64,000 bases of DNA from Tubulanus polymorphus (lineage: Eukaryota > Animalia > Nemertea), in NCBI RefSeq assembly GCF_964204645.1, contig NC_134036.1, positions 6,801,304-6,865,303 on the forward strand. The letters run 5' to 3'. A model generated the notes under the pieces. It searched no databases and had not been told where the DNA came from. It worked only from the letters and a program-made list of their open reading frames with translations. A program made the translations under genes and the position numbers. Shown piece by piece: positions 12,001 through 24,700 of the stretch. Numbering within the stretch: the first letter of the stretch is position 1; each line of letters starts with the position of its first letter.

Positions 12001-15000
12001 TTGATCAGCGTTACGACCCGGTGCAGTGAGGGAGGGAGGGAGGCAGTAGGTCGGTCGTCCATCCGTTCGTCAGTGTGCCGGCGGTGGTAGTTCGAAAAAC
12101 GACTAAGTGCTGACCGGGCCTTGATCAGCGTTACGACCCGGTGCAGTGAGGGAGGGAGGGAGGGAGGCAGTAGGTCGGTCGTCCATCCGTTCGTCAGTGT
12201 GCCGGCGGTGGTAGTTCGAAAAACGACTAAGTGCTGACCGGGCCTAGATCAGCGTTACGACTCGGTGCAGTGAGGGAGGGAGAGAGGCAGTAGGTCGGTC
12301 GTCCGTCCGGTCGTCAGTGTGCCGGCGGTGGTTGTTCGAAAAACGACTAAGTGCTGACCGGGCCTTGATCAGCGTTACGACCCGGTGCAGTGAGGGAGGG
12401 AGGGAGGCAGTAGGTCGGTCGTCCGTCCGTTCGTCAGTGTGCCGGCAGAGTTGGTTGTTCGAAAAACGACTAAGTGCTGACCGGGCCTTGATCAGCGTTA
12501 CGACCCGGTGCAGTGAGGGAGGGAGGGAGGCAGTAGGTCGGTCGTCCATCCGTTCGTCAGTGTGCCGGCGGTGGTAGTTCGAAAAACGACTAAGTGCTGA
12601 CCGGGCCTTGATCAGCGTTACGACCCGGTGCAGTGAGGGAGGGAGGGAGGGAGGCAGTAGGTCGGTCGTCCATCCGTTCGTCAGTGTGTCGGCGGTTGTT
12701 GTTCGAAAAACGACTAAGTGCTGACCGGGCCATGAACAGCGTTACGACCCGGCACCGGTCAGGAAGGGAGGGAGGGTGGCAGTAGGTCGGTCGTCCGTTC
12801 GTTGGTCAGTGTGCCGGCGGTGGTAGTTCGAAAAACGACTAAGTGCTGACCGGGCCTTGATCAGCGTTACGACCCGGAGCAGTGTGGGAGGGAGGGGGAC
12901 AGTAGGTCGGTCGTCCGTCCGTTTGTCAGTGTGCCGGCAGTGATGGTTGTTCGAAAAATGACTAAGGGCTGACCGGGCCTTGATCAGCGTTACGACCCGG
13001 CGCTGGTCAAGGGCGGGAGGGAGGGAGGCAGTAGGTCGGTCGTCCGTCCGTTCGTCAGTGTGCCGGCAGAGTTGGTTGTTCGAAAAACGACTAAGTGCTG
13101 ACCGGGCCTTGATCAGCGTTACGACCCGGTGCTGTGAGGGAGGGAGGGAGGCAGTAGGTCGGTCGTCCATCCGTTCGTCAGTGTGCCGGCGGTGGTTGTT
13201 CGAAAAACGACTAAGTGCTGACCGGGCCTTGATCAGCGTTACGACCCGGCGCAGTGAGGGAGGGAGGGAGGGAGGCAGTAGGTCGGTCGTCCATCCGTTC
13301 GTCAGTGTGCCGGCGGTGGTTGTTCGAAAAACGACTAAGTGCTGACCGGGCCTTAATCAGCGTTACGACCCGGCACCGGTCAGGAAGGGAGGGAGGGTGG
13401 CAGTAGGTCGGTCGTCCGTTCGTTGGTCAGTGTGCCGGCGGTGGTAGTTCGAAAAACGACTAAGTGCTGACCGGGCCTTGATCAGCGTTACGACCCGGAG
13501 CAGTGTGGGAGGGAGGGGGACAGTAGGTCGGTCGTCCGTCCGTTCGTCAGTGTGCTGGCGGTGGTTGTTCGAAAAACGACTAAGTGCTGACCGGGCCATG
13601 ATCAGCGTTACGACCCGGTGTAATGAGGGAGGGATGGAGGCACTAGGACAGTCGTCCGCCCGTTAGTCAGTGTGTCGGCGGTTGTTGTTCGAAAAACGAC
13701 TAAGTGCTGACCGGGCCATGAACAGCGTTACGACCCGGCACCGGTCAGGAAGGGAGGGAGGGTGGCAGTAGGTCGGTCGTCCGTTCGTTCGTCAGTGTGC
13801 CGGCGGTGGTTGTTCGAATAACGACTAAGTGCTGACCGGGCCTTGATCAGCGTTACGACCCGGCACCGGTCAGGGAGGGAGGGAGGGAGGCAGTAGGTCG
13901 GTCGTCCGTCCGTTCGTCATTGTGCCGGCGGTGGTAGTTCGAAAAACGACTAAGTGCTGACCGGGCCTTGATCAGCGTTACGACCCGGTGCAGTGAGGGA
14001 GGGAGGGAGGCAGTAGGTCGGTCGTCCATCCGTTCGTCAGTGTGCCGGCGGTGGTAGTTCGAAAAACGACTAAGTGCTGACCGGGCCTTGATCAGCGTTA
14101 CGACCCGGTGCAGTGAGGGAGGGAGGGAGGGAGGCAGTAGGTCGGTCGTCCGTCCGTTCGTCAGTGTGCCGGCGGTGGTTGTTCGAAAAACGACTAAGTG
14201 CTGACCGGGCCTTAATCAGCGTTACGACCCGGCACCGGTCAGGAAGGGAGGGAGGGTGGCAGTAGGTCGGTCGTCCGTTCGTTGGTCAGTGTGCCGGCGC
14301 TGGTAGTTCGAAAAACGACTAAGTGCTGACCGGGCCTTGATCAGCGTTACGACCCGGAGCAGTGTGGGAGGGAGGGGGACAGTAGGTCGGTCGTCCGTCC
14401 GTTCGTCAGTGTGCCGGCAGAGTTGGTTGTTCGAAAAACGACTAAGTGCTGACCGGGCCTTGATCAGCGTTAGGACCCGGTGCTGTGAGGGAGGGAGGGA
14501 GGCAGTAGGTCGGTCGTCCATCCGTTCGTCAGTGTGCCGGCGGTGGTTGTTCGAAAAACGACTAAGTGCTGACCGGGCCTTGATCAGCGTTACGACCCGG
14601 CGGAGTGAGGAAGGGAGGGAGGGAGGCAGTAGGTCGGTCGTCCATCCGTTCGTCAGGGTGCCGGCGGTGGTTGTTCGAAAAACGACTAAGTGCTGACCGG
14701 GCCTTGATCAGCGTTACGACCCGGTGCAGTGAGGGAGGGAGGGAGGCACTAGGACAGTCGTCCGCCCGTTAGTCAGTGTGTCGGCGGTTGTTGTTCGAAA
14801 AACGACTAAGTGCTGACCGGGCCATGAACAGCGTTACGACCCGGCACCGGTCAGGAAGGGAGGGAGGGTGGCAGTAGGTCGGTCGTCCGTCCGTTCGTCA
14901 GTGTGCCGGTGGTGGTTGTTCGAAAAACGACTAAGTGCTGACCGGGCCTTGATCAGCGTTACGACCCGGAGCATTGAGGGAGGGAGGGAGGCAGTAGGTC

Positions 15001-18000
15001 GGTCGTCCGTCCGTTTGTCAGTGTGCCGGCAGTGATGGTTGTTCGAAAAACGACTAAGTGCTGACCGGGCCTTAATCAGCGTTACGACCCGGCGCTGGTC
15101 AGGGAGGGAGGGAGGGAGGCAGTAGGTCGGTCGTCCATCCGTTCGTCAGTGTGCCGGCGGTGGTAGTTCGAAAAACGACTAAGTGCTGACCGGGCCTTGA
15201 TCAGCGTTACGACCCTGTGCAGTGAGGGAGGGAGGGAGGCAGTAGGTCAGTCGTCCGTCCGTTCGTCAGTGTGCCGGCAGAGTTGGTTGTTCGAAGAACG
15301 ACTAAGTGCTGACCGGGCCTTGATCAGCGTTACGACCCGGTGCAGTGAGGGAGGGAGGGAGGGAGGCAGTAGGTCGGTCGTCCATCCGTTCGTCAGTGTG
15401 CCGGCGGTGGTAGTTCGAAAAACGACTAAGTGCTGACCGGGCCTTGATCAGCGTTACGACCCGGTGCAGTGAGGGAGGGAGGGAGGGAGGCAGTAAGTCG
15501 GTCGTCCATCCGTTCGTCAGTGTGCCGGCGGTGGTTGTTCGAAAAACGACTAAGTGCTGACCGGGCCTTGATCAGCGTTACGACCCGGCACCGGTCAGGA
15601 AGGGAGGGAGGTCGGCAGTAGGTCGGTCGTCCGTTCGTTCGTCAGTTTGCCGGCGGTGGTTGTTCGAATAACGACTAAGTGCTGATCGGGCCTTGATCAG
15701 CGTTACGACCCGGCACCGGTCAGGGAGGGAGGGAGGGAGGCAGTAGGTCGGTCGTCCGTCCGTTCGTCATTGTGCCGGCGGTGGTAGTTCGAAAAACGAC
15801 TAAGTGCTGACCGGGCCTTGATCAGCGTTACGACCCGGGGCATTGAGGGAGGGAGGGTGGCAGTAGGTCGGTCGTCCGTCCGTTTGTCAGTGTGCCGGCA
15901 GTGATGGTTGTTCGAAAAATGACTAAGGGCTGACCGGGCCTTGATCAGCGTTACGACCCGGCGCTGGTCAGGGCGGGAGGGAGGGAGGCAGTAGGTCGGT
16001 CGTCCATCCGTTCGTCAGTGTGCCGGCGGTGGTAGTTCGAAAAACGACTAAGTGCTGACCGGGCCTAGATCAGCGTTACGACTCGGTGCAGTGAGGGAGG
16101 GAGAGAGGCAGTAGGTCGGTCGTCCGTCCGGTCGTCAGTGTGCCGGCGGTGGTTGTTCGAAAAACGACTAAGTGCTGACCGGGCCTTGATCAGCGTTACG
16201 ACCCGGTGCAGTGAGGGAGGGAGGGAGGCAGTAGGTCGGTCGTCCGTCCGTTCGTCAGTGTGCCGGCAGAGTTGGTTGTTCGAAAAACGACTAAGTGCTG
16301 ACCGGGCCTTGATCAGCGTTACGACCCGGTGCAGTGAGAGAGGGAGGGAGGGAGGCAGTAGGTCGGTCGTCCATCCGTTCGTCAGTGTGCCGGCGGTGGT
16401 AGTTCGAAAAACGACTAAGTGCTGACCGGGCCTAGATCAGCGTTACGACTCGGTGCAGTGAGGGAGGGAGAGAGGCAGTAGGTCGGTCGTCCGTCCGGTC
16501 GTCAGTGTGCCGGCGGTGGTTGTTCGAAAAACGACTAAGTGCTGACCGGGCCTTGATCAGCGTTACGACCCGGAGCAGTGAGGGAGGGAGGGAGGCAGTA
16601 GGTCGGTCGTCCGTCCGTTCGCCAGTGTGCCGCTGGTGGTTGTTCGAAAAACGACTAAGTGCTGACCGGGCCTTGATCAGCGTTACGACCCGGTGCAGTG
16701 AGGGAGGGAGGGAGGGAGGCACTAGGACAGTCGTCCGCCCGTTAGTCAGTGTGTCGGCGGTTGTTGTTCGAAAAACGACTAAGTGCTGACCGGTCCATGA
16801 ACAGCGTTACGACCCGGCACCGGTCAGGAAGGGAGGAAGGGTGGCAGTAGGTCGGTCATCCGTTCGTTGGTCAGTGTGCCGGCGGTGGTAGTTCGAAAAA
16901 CGACTAAGTGCTGACCGGGCCTTGATCAGCGTTACGACCCGGAGCATTGAGGGAGGGAGGGAGGCAGTAGGTCGGTCGTCCGTCCGTTTGTCAGTGTGCC
17001 GGCAGTGATGGTTGTTCGAAAAATGACTAAGGGCTGACCGGGCCTTGATCAGCGTTACGACCCGGCGCTGGTCAAGGGCGGGAGGGAGGGAGGCAGTAGG
17101 TCGGTCGTCCATCCGTTCGTCAGTGTGCCGGCGGTGGTTGTTCGAAAAACGACTAAGTGCTGACCGGGCCTTGATCAGCGTTACGACCCGGCGCAGTGAG
17201 GGAGGGAGGGAGGGAGGCAGTAGGTCGGTCGTCCATCCGTTCGTCAGTGTGCCGGCGGTGGTTGTTCGAAAAACGACTAAGTGCTGACCGGGCCTTGGTC
17301 AGCGTTACGGCCCGGTGCAGTGAGGGAGGGAGGGAGGCACTAGGACAGTCGTCCGCCCGTTAGTCAGTGTGTCGGCGGTTGTTGTTCGAAAAACGACTAA
17401 GTGCTGACCGGTCCATGAACAGCGTTACGACCCGGCACCGGTCAGGAAGGGAGGAAGGGTGGCAGTAGGTCGGTCATCCGTTCGTTGGTCAGTGTGCCGG
17501 CGGTGGTAGTTCGAAAAACGACTAAGTGCTGACCGGGCCTTGATCAGCGTTACGAACCGGAGCATTGAGGGAGGGAGGGAGGCAGTAGGTCGGTCGTCCG
17601 TCCGTTTGTCAGTGTGCCGGCAGTGATGGTTGTTCGAAAAATGACTAAGGGCTGACCGGGCCTTGATCAGCGTTACGACCCGGCGCTGGTCAGGAAGGGA
17701 GGAAGGGTGGCAGTAGGTCGGTCATCCGTTCGTTGGTCAGTGTGCCGGCGGTGGTAGTTCGAAAAACGACTAAGTGCTGACCGGGCCTTGATCAGCGTTA
17801 CGACCCGGAGCATTGAGGGAGGGAGGGAGGGAGGCAGTAGGTCGGTCGTCCGTCCGTTTGTCAGTGTGCCGGCAGTGATGGTTGTTCGAAAAATGACTAA
17901 GGGCTGACCGGGCCTTGATCAGCGTTACGACCCGGCGCTGGTCAAGGGCGGGAGGGAGGGAGGCAGTAGGTCGGTCGTCCATCCGTTCGTCAGTGTGCCG

Positions 18001-21000
18001 GCGGTGGTTGTTCGAAAAACGACTAAGTGCTGACCGGGCCTTGATCAGCGTTACGACCCGGCGCAGTGAGGGAGGGAGGGAGGGAGGCAGTAGGTCGGTC
18101 GTCCATCCGTTCGTCAGTGTGCCGGCTGTGGTTGTTCGAAAAACGACTAAGTGCTGACCGGGCCTTGGTCAGCGTTACGGCCCGGTGCAGTGAGGGAGGG
18201 AGGGAGGCACTAGGACAGTCGTCCGCCCGTTAGTCAGTGTGTCGGCGGTTGTTGTTCGAAAAACGACTAAGTGCTGACCGGTCCATGAACAGCGTTACGA
18301 CCCGGCACCGGTCAGGAAGGGAGGAAGGGTGGCAGTAGGTCGGTCATCCGTTCGTTGGTCAGTGTGCCGGCGGTGGTAGTTCGAAAAACGACTAAGTGCT
18401 GACCGGGCCTTGATCAGCGTTACGAACCGGAGCATTGAGGGAGGGAGGGAGGCAGTAGGTCGGTCGTCCGTCCGTTTGTCAGTGTGCCGGCAGTGATGGT
18501 TGTTCGAAAAATGACTAAGGGCTGACCGGGCCTTGATCAGCGTTACGACCCGGCGCTGGTCAGGAAGGGAGGAAGGGTGGCAGTAGGTCGGTCATCCGTT
18601 CGTTGGTCAGTGTGCCGGCGGTGGTAGTTCGAAAAACGACTAAGTGCTGACCGGGCCTTGATCTGCGTTACGACCCGGAGCAGTGTGGGAGGGAGGGGGA
18701 CAGTAGGTCGGTCGTCCGTCCGTTCGTCAGTGTGCCGGCAGAGTTGGTTGTTCGAAAAACGACTAATTGCTGACCGGGCCTTGATCAGCGTTAGGACCCG
18801 GTGCTGTGAGAGAGGGAGGGAGGCAGTAGGTCGGTCGTCCGTCCGTTTGTCAGTGTGCCGGCAGTGATGGTTGTTCGAAAAATGACTAAGGGCTGACCGG
18901 GCCTTGATCAGCGTTACGACCCGGCGCTGGTCAGGGAGGGAGGGAGGGAGGCAGTAGGTCGGTCGTCCATCCGTTCGTCAGTGTGCCGGCGGTGGTTGTT
19001 CGAAAAACGACTAAGTGCTGACCGGGCCTAGATCAGCGTTACGACTCGGTGCAGTGAGGGAGGGAGAGAGGCAGTAGGTCGGTCGTCCGTCCGGTCCTCA
19101 GTGTGCCGGCGGTGGTTGTTCGAAAAACGACTAAGTGCTGACCGGGCCTTGATCAGCGTTACGACCCGGTGCAGTGAGGGAGGGAGGGAGGCAGTAGGTC
19201 GGTCGTCCGTCCGTTCGTCAGTGTGCCGGCAGAGTTGGTTGTTCGAAAAACGACTAAGTGCTGACCGGGCCTTGATCAGCGTTACGACCCGGTGCAGTGA
19301 GAGAGGGAGGGAGGGAGGCAGTAGGTCGGTCGTCCATCCGTTCGTCAGTGTGCCGGCGGTGGTAGTTCGAAAAACGACTAAGTGCTGACCGGGCCTTGAT
19401 CAGCGTTACGACCCGGTGCAGTGAGGGAGGGAGGGAGGGAGGCAGTAGGTCGGTCGTCCATCCGTTCGTCAGTGTGCCGGCGGTGGTAGTTCAAAAAACG
19501 ACTAAGTGCTGACCGGGCCTTGATCAGCGTTACGACCCGGAGCAGTGTGGGAGGGAGGGGGACAGTAGGTCGGTCGTCCGTCCGTTCGTCAGTGTGCCGG
19601 CAGAGTTGGTTGTTCGAAAAACAACTAAGTGCTGACCGGGCCTTGATCAGCGTTACGACCCGGAGCAGTGAGGGAGGGAGGGAGGCAGTAGGTCGGTCGT
19701 CCGTCCGTTCGCCAGTGTGCCGCTGGTGGTTGTTCGAAAAACGACTAAGTGCTGACCGGGCCTTGATCAGCGTTACGACCCGGTGCAGTGAGGGAGGGAG
19801 GGAGGCACTAGGACAGTCGTCCGCCCGTTAGTCAGTGTGTCGGCGGTTGTTGTTCGAAAAACGACTAAGTGCTGACCGGGCCATGAACAGCGTTACGACC
19901 CGGCACCGGTCAGGAAGGGAGGGAGGGTGGCAGTAGGTCGGTCGTCCGTTCGTTCGTCAGTGTGCCGGCGGTGGTTGTTCGAAAAACGACTAAGTGCTGA
20001 CCGGGCCTTGATCAGCGTTACGACCCGGTGCAGTGAGGGAGGGGGGGAGGCAGTAGGTCGGTCGTCCGTCCGTTCGTCATTGTGCCGGCGGTGGTAGTTC
20101 GAAAAACGACTAAGTGCTGACCGGGCCTTGATCAGCGTTACGACCCGAAGCATTGAGGGAGGGAGGGAGGCAGTAGGTCGGTCGTCCGTCCGTTTGTCAG
20201 TGTGCCGGCAGTGATGGTTGTTCGAAAAATGACTAAGGGCTGACCGGGCCTTGATCAGCGTTACGACCCGGCGCTGGTCAGGGCGGGAGGGAGGGAGGCA
20301 GTAGGTCGGTCGTCCATCCGTTCGTCAGTGTGCCGGCGGAGGTAGTTCGAAAAACGACTAAGTGCTGACCGGGCCTAGATCAGCGTTACGACTCGGTGCA
20401 GTGAGGGAGGGAGAGAGGCAGTAGGTCGGTCGTCCGTCCGGTCGTCAGTGTGCCGGCGGTGGTTGTTCGAAAAACGACTAAGTGCTGACCGGGCCTTGAT
20501 CAGCGTTACGACCCGGTGCAGTGAGGGAGGGAGGGAGGGAGGCAGTAGGTCGGTCGTCCATCCGTTCGTCAGTGTGCCGGCGGTGGTAGTTCGAAAAACG
20601 ACTAAGTGCTGACCGGGCCTTGATCAGCGTTACGACCCGGTGCAGTGAGGGAGGGAGGGAGGGAGGCAGTAGGTCGGTCGTCCATCCGTTCGTCAGTGTG
20701 CCGGCGGTGGCAGTTCAAAAAACGACTAAGTGCTGACCGGGCCTTGATCAGCGTTACGACCCGGTGCAGTGAGGGAGGGAGGGAGGCAGTAGGTCGGTCG
20801 TCCGTCCGTTCGCCAGTGTGCCGCTGGTTGTTGTTCGAAAAACGACTAAGTGCTGACCGGGCCTTGATCAGCGTTACGACCCGGTGCAGTGAGGGAGGGA
20901 GGGAGGGAGGCAGTAGGTCGGTCGTCCATCCGTTCGTCAGTGTGCCGGCGGTGGCAGTTCAAAAAACGACTAAGTGCTGACCGGGCCTTGATCAGCGTTA

Positions 21001-21758
21001 CGACCCGGTGCAGTGAGGGAGGGAGGGAGGCAGTAGGTCGGTCGTCCGTCCGTTCGCCAGTGTGCCGCTGGTTGTTGTTCGAAAAACGACTAAGTGCTGA
21101 CCGGACCTTGATCAGCGTTACGACCCGGAGCAGTGAGGGAGGGAGGGAGGCAGTAGGTCGGTCGTCCGTCCGTTCACCAGTGTGCCGCTGGTGGTTGTTC
21201 GAAAAACGACTAAGTGCTGACCGGGCCTTGATCAGCGTTACGACCCGGTGCAGTGAGGGAGGGAGGGAGGCACTAGGACAGTCGTCCGCCCGTTAGTCAG
21301 TGTGTCGGCGGTTGTTGTTCGAAAAACGACTAAGTGCTGACCGGGCCATGAGCAGCGTTACGACCCGGCACCGGTCAGGAAGGGAGGGAGGGTGGCAGTA
21401 GGTCGGTCGTCCGTTCGTTGGTCAGTGTGCCGGCGGTGGTAGTTCGAAAAACGACTAAGTGCTGACCGGGCCTTGATCAGCGTTACGACCCGGCGCTGGT
21501 CAGGGCGGGAGGGAGGGAGGCAGTAGGTCGGTCGTCCATCCGTTCGTCAGTGTGCCGGCGGTATTAGTTCGAAAAACGACTAAGTGCTGACCGGGCCTAG
21601 ATCCGCGTTACGACTCGGTGCAGTGAGGGAGGGAGAGAGGCAGTAGGTCGGTCGTCCGTCCGGTCGTCAGTGTGCCGGCGGTGGTTGTTCGAAAAACGAC
21701 TAAGTGCTGACCGGGCCTTGATCAGCGTTACGACCCGGAGCATTGAGGGAGGGAGGGA

Positions 21759-24700
21759 GGCAGTAGGTCGGTCGTCCGTCCGTTTGTCAGTGTGCCGGCA
21801 GTGATGGTTGTTCGAAAAATGACTAAGGGCTGACCGGGCCTTGATCAGCGTTACGACCCGGCGCTGGTCAGGGCGGGAGGGAGGGAGGCAGTAGGTCGGT
21901 CGTCCGTCCGTTCGTCAGTGTGCCGGCAGAGTTGGTTGTTCGAAAAACGACTAAGTGCTGACCGGGCCTTGATCAGCGTTACGACCCGGTGCAGTGAGAG
22001 AGGGAGGGAGGGAGGCAGTAGGTCGGTCGTCCATCCGTTCGTCAGTGTGCCGGCGGTGGTTGTTCGAAAAACGACTAAGTGCTGACCGGGCCTTGATCAG
22101 CGTTACGACCCGGTGCAGTGAGGGAGGGAGGGAGGGAGGCAGTAGGTCGGTCGTCCATCCGTTCGTCAGTGTGCCGGCGGTGGTTGTTCGAAAAACGACT
22201 AAGTGCTGACCGGGCCATGAACAGCGTTACGACCCGGCACCGGTCAGGAAGGGAGGGAGGGTGGCAGTAGGTCGGTCGTCCGTTCGTTCGTCAGTGTGCC
22301 GGCGGTGGTTGTTCGAAAAACGACTAAGTGCTGACCGGGCCATGAACAGCGTTACGACCCGGCACCGGTCAGGAAGGGAGGGAGGGTGGCAGTAGGTCGG
22401 TCGTCCGTTCGTTGGTCAGTGTGCCGGCGGTGGTAGTTCGAAAAACGACTAAGTGCTGACCGGGCCTTGATCAGCGTTACGACCCGGTGCAGTGAGGGAG
22501 GGAGGGAGGGAGGCAGTAGGTCGGTCGTCCGTCCGTTCGTCAGTGTGCCGGCGGTGGTAGTTCGAAAAACGACTAAGTGCTGACCGGGCCATGAACAGCG
22601 TTACGACCCGGCACCGGTCAGGAAGGGAGGGAGGGTGGCAGTAGGTCGGTCGTCCATCCGTTCGTCAGTGTGCCGGCGGTGGTAGTTCGAAAAACGACTA
22701 AGTGCTGACCGGGTTATGCTCAGCGTTACGACCCGGTGCAGTGAGGGAGGGAGGGAGGGAGGCAGTAGGTCGGTCGTCCATCCGTTCGTCAGTGTGCCGG
22801 CGATGGTTGTTCGAAAAACGACTAAGTGCTGACCGGGCCTTGATCAGCGTTACGACCCGGTGCAGTGAGGGAGGGAGGGAGGCACTAGGACAGTCGTCCG
22901 CCCGTTAGTCAGTGTGCCGGCGGTGGTTGTTCGAAAAACGACTAAGTGCTGACCGGGCCTTGATCAGCGTTACGACCCGGCACCGGTCAGGGAGGGAGGG
23001 AGGGAGGCAGTAGGTCGGTCGTCCGTCCGTTCGTCACTGTGCCGGCGGTGGTAGTTCGAAAAACGACTAAGTGCTGACCGGGCCTTGATCAGCGTTACGA
23101 CCCGGAGCATTGAGGGAGGGAGGGAGGCAGTAGGTCGGTCGTCCGTCCGTTTGTCAGTGTGCCGGCAGTGATGGTTGTTCGAAAAAATGACTAAGGGCTG
23201 ACCGGGCCTTGATCAGCGTTACGACCCGGCGCTGGTCAGGGCGGGAGGGAGGGAGGCAGTAGGTCGGTCGTCCATCCGTTCGTCAGTGTGCCGGCGGTGG
23301 TAGTTCGAAAAACGACTAAGTGCTGACCGGGCCTAGATCAGCGTTACGACCCGGTGCAGTGAGGGAGGGAGGGAGGCAGTAGGTCGGTCGTCCGTCCGGT
23401 CGTCAATGTGCTGGCGGTGGTTGTTCGAAAAACGACTAAGTGCTGACCGGGCCTTGATCAGCGTTACGACCCGGTGCAGTGAGGGAGGGAGGGAGGAACT
23501 AGGACAGTCGTCCGCCCGTTAGTCAGTGTGTCGGCGGTTGTTGTTCGAAAAACGACTAAGTGCTGACCGGGCCATGAACAGCGTTACGACCCGGCACCGG
23601 TCAGGAAGGGAGGGAGGGTGGCAGTAGGTCGGTCGTCCGTTCGTTGGTCAGTGTGCCGGCGGTGGTAGTTCGAAAAACGACTAAGTGCTGACCGGGCCTT
23701 GATCAGCGTTACGACCCGGTGCAGTGAGGGAGGGAGGGAGGCAGTAGGTCGGTCGTCCGTCCGTTCGTCAGTGTGCCGGCGGTGGTAGTTCGAAAAACGA
23801 CTAAGTGCTGACCGGGCCATGAACAGCGTTACGACCCGGCACCGGTCAGGAAGGGAGGGAGGGTGGCAGTAGGTCGGTCGTCCATCCGTTCGTCAGTGTG
23901 CCGGCGGTGGTAGTTCGAAAAACGACTAAGTGCTGACCGGGCCTTGATCAGCGTTACGACCCGGTACAGTGAGGGAGGGAGGGAGGCAGTAGGTCGGTCG
24001 TCCGTCCGTTCGTCAGTGTGCCGGCGGTGGTTGTTCGAAAAACGACTAAGTGCTGACCGGGTCATGATCAGCGTTACGACCCGGTGCAGTGAGGGAGGGA
24101 GGGAGGGAGGCAGTAGGTCGGTCGTCCATCCGTTCGTCAGTGTGCCGGCGATGGTTGTTCGAAAAACGACTAAGTGCTGACCGGGCCTTGATCAGCGTTA
24201 CGACCCGGTGCAGTGAGGGAGGGAGGGAGGCACTAGGACAGTCGTCCGCCCGTTAGTCAGTGTGCCGGCGGTGGTTGTTCGAAAAACGACTAAGTGCTGA
24301 CCGGGCCTTGATCAGCGTTACGACCCGGCACCGGTCAGGGAGGGAGGGAGGGAGGCAGTAGGTCGGTCGTCCGTCCGTTCGTCACTGTGCCGGCGGTGGT
24401 AGTTCGAAAAACGACTAAGTGCTGACCGGGCCTTGATCAGCGTTACGACCCGGCGCTGGTCAGGGCGGGAGGGAGGGAGGCAGTAGGTCGGTCGTCCATC
24501 CGTTCGTCAGTGTGCCGGCGGTGGTAGTTCGAAAAACGACTAAGTGCTGACCGGGCCTAGATCAGCGTTACGACCCGGTGCAGTGAGGGAGGGAGGGAGG
24601 CAGTAGGTCGGTCGTCCGTCCGGTCGTCAATGTGCTGGCGGTGGTTGTTCGAAAAACGACTAAGTGCTGACCGGGCCTTGATCAGCGTTACGACCCGGTG

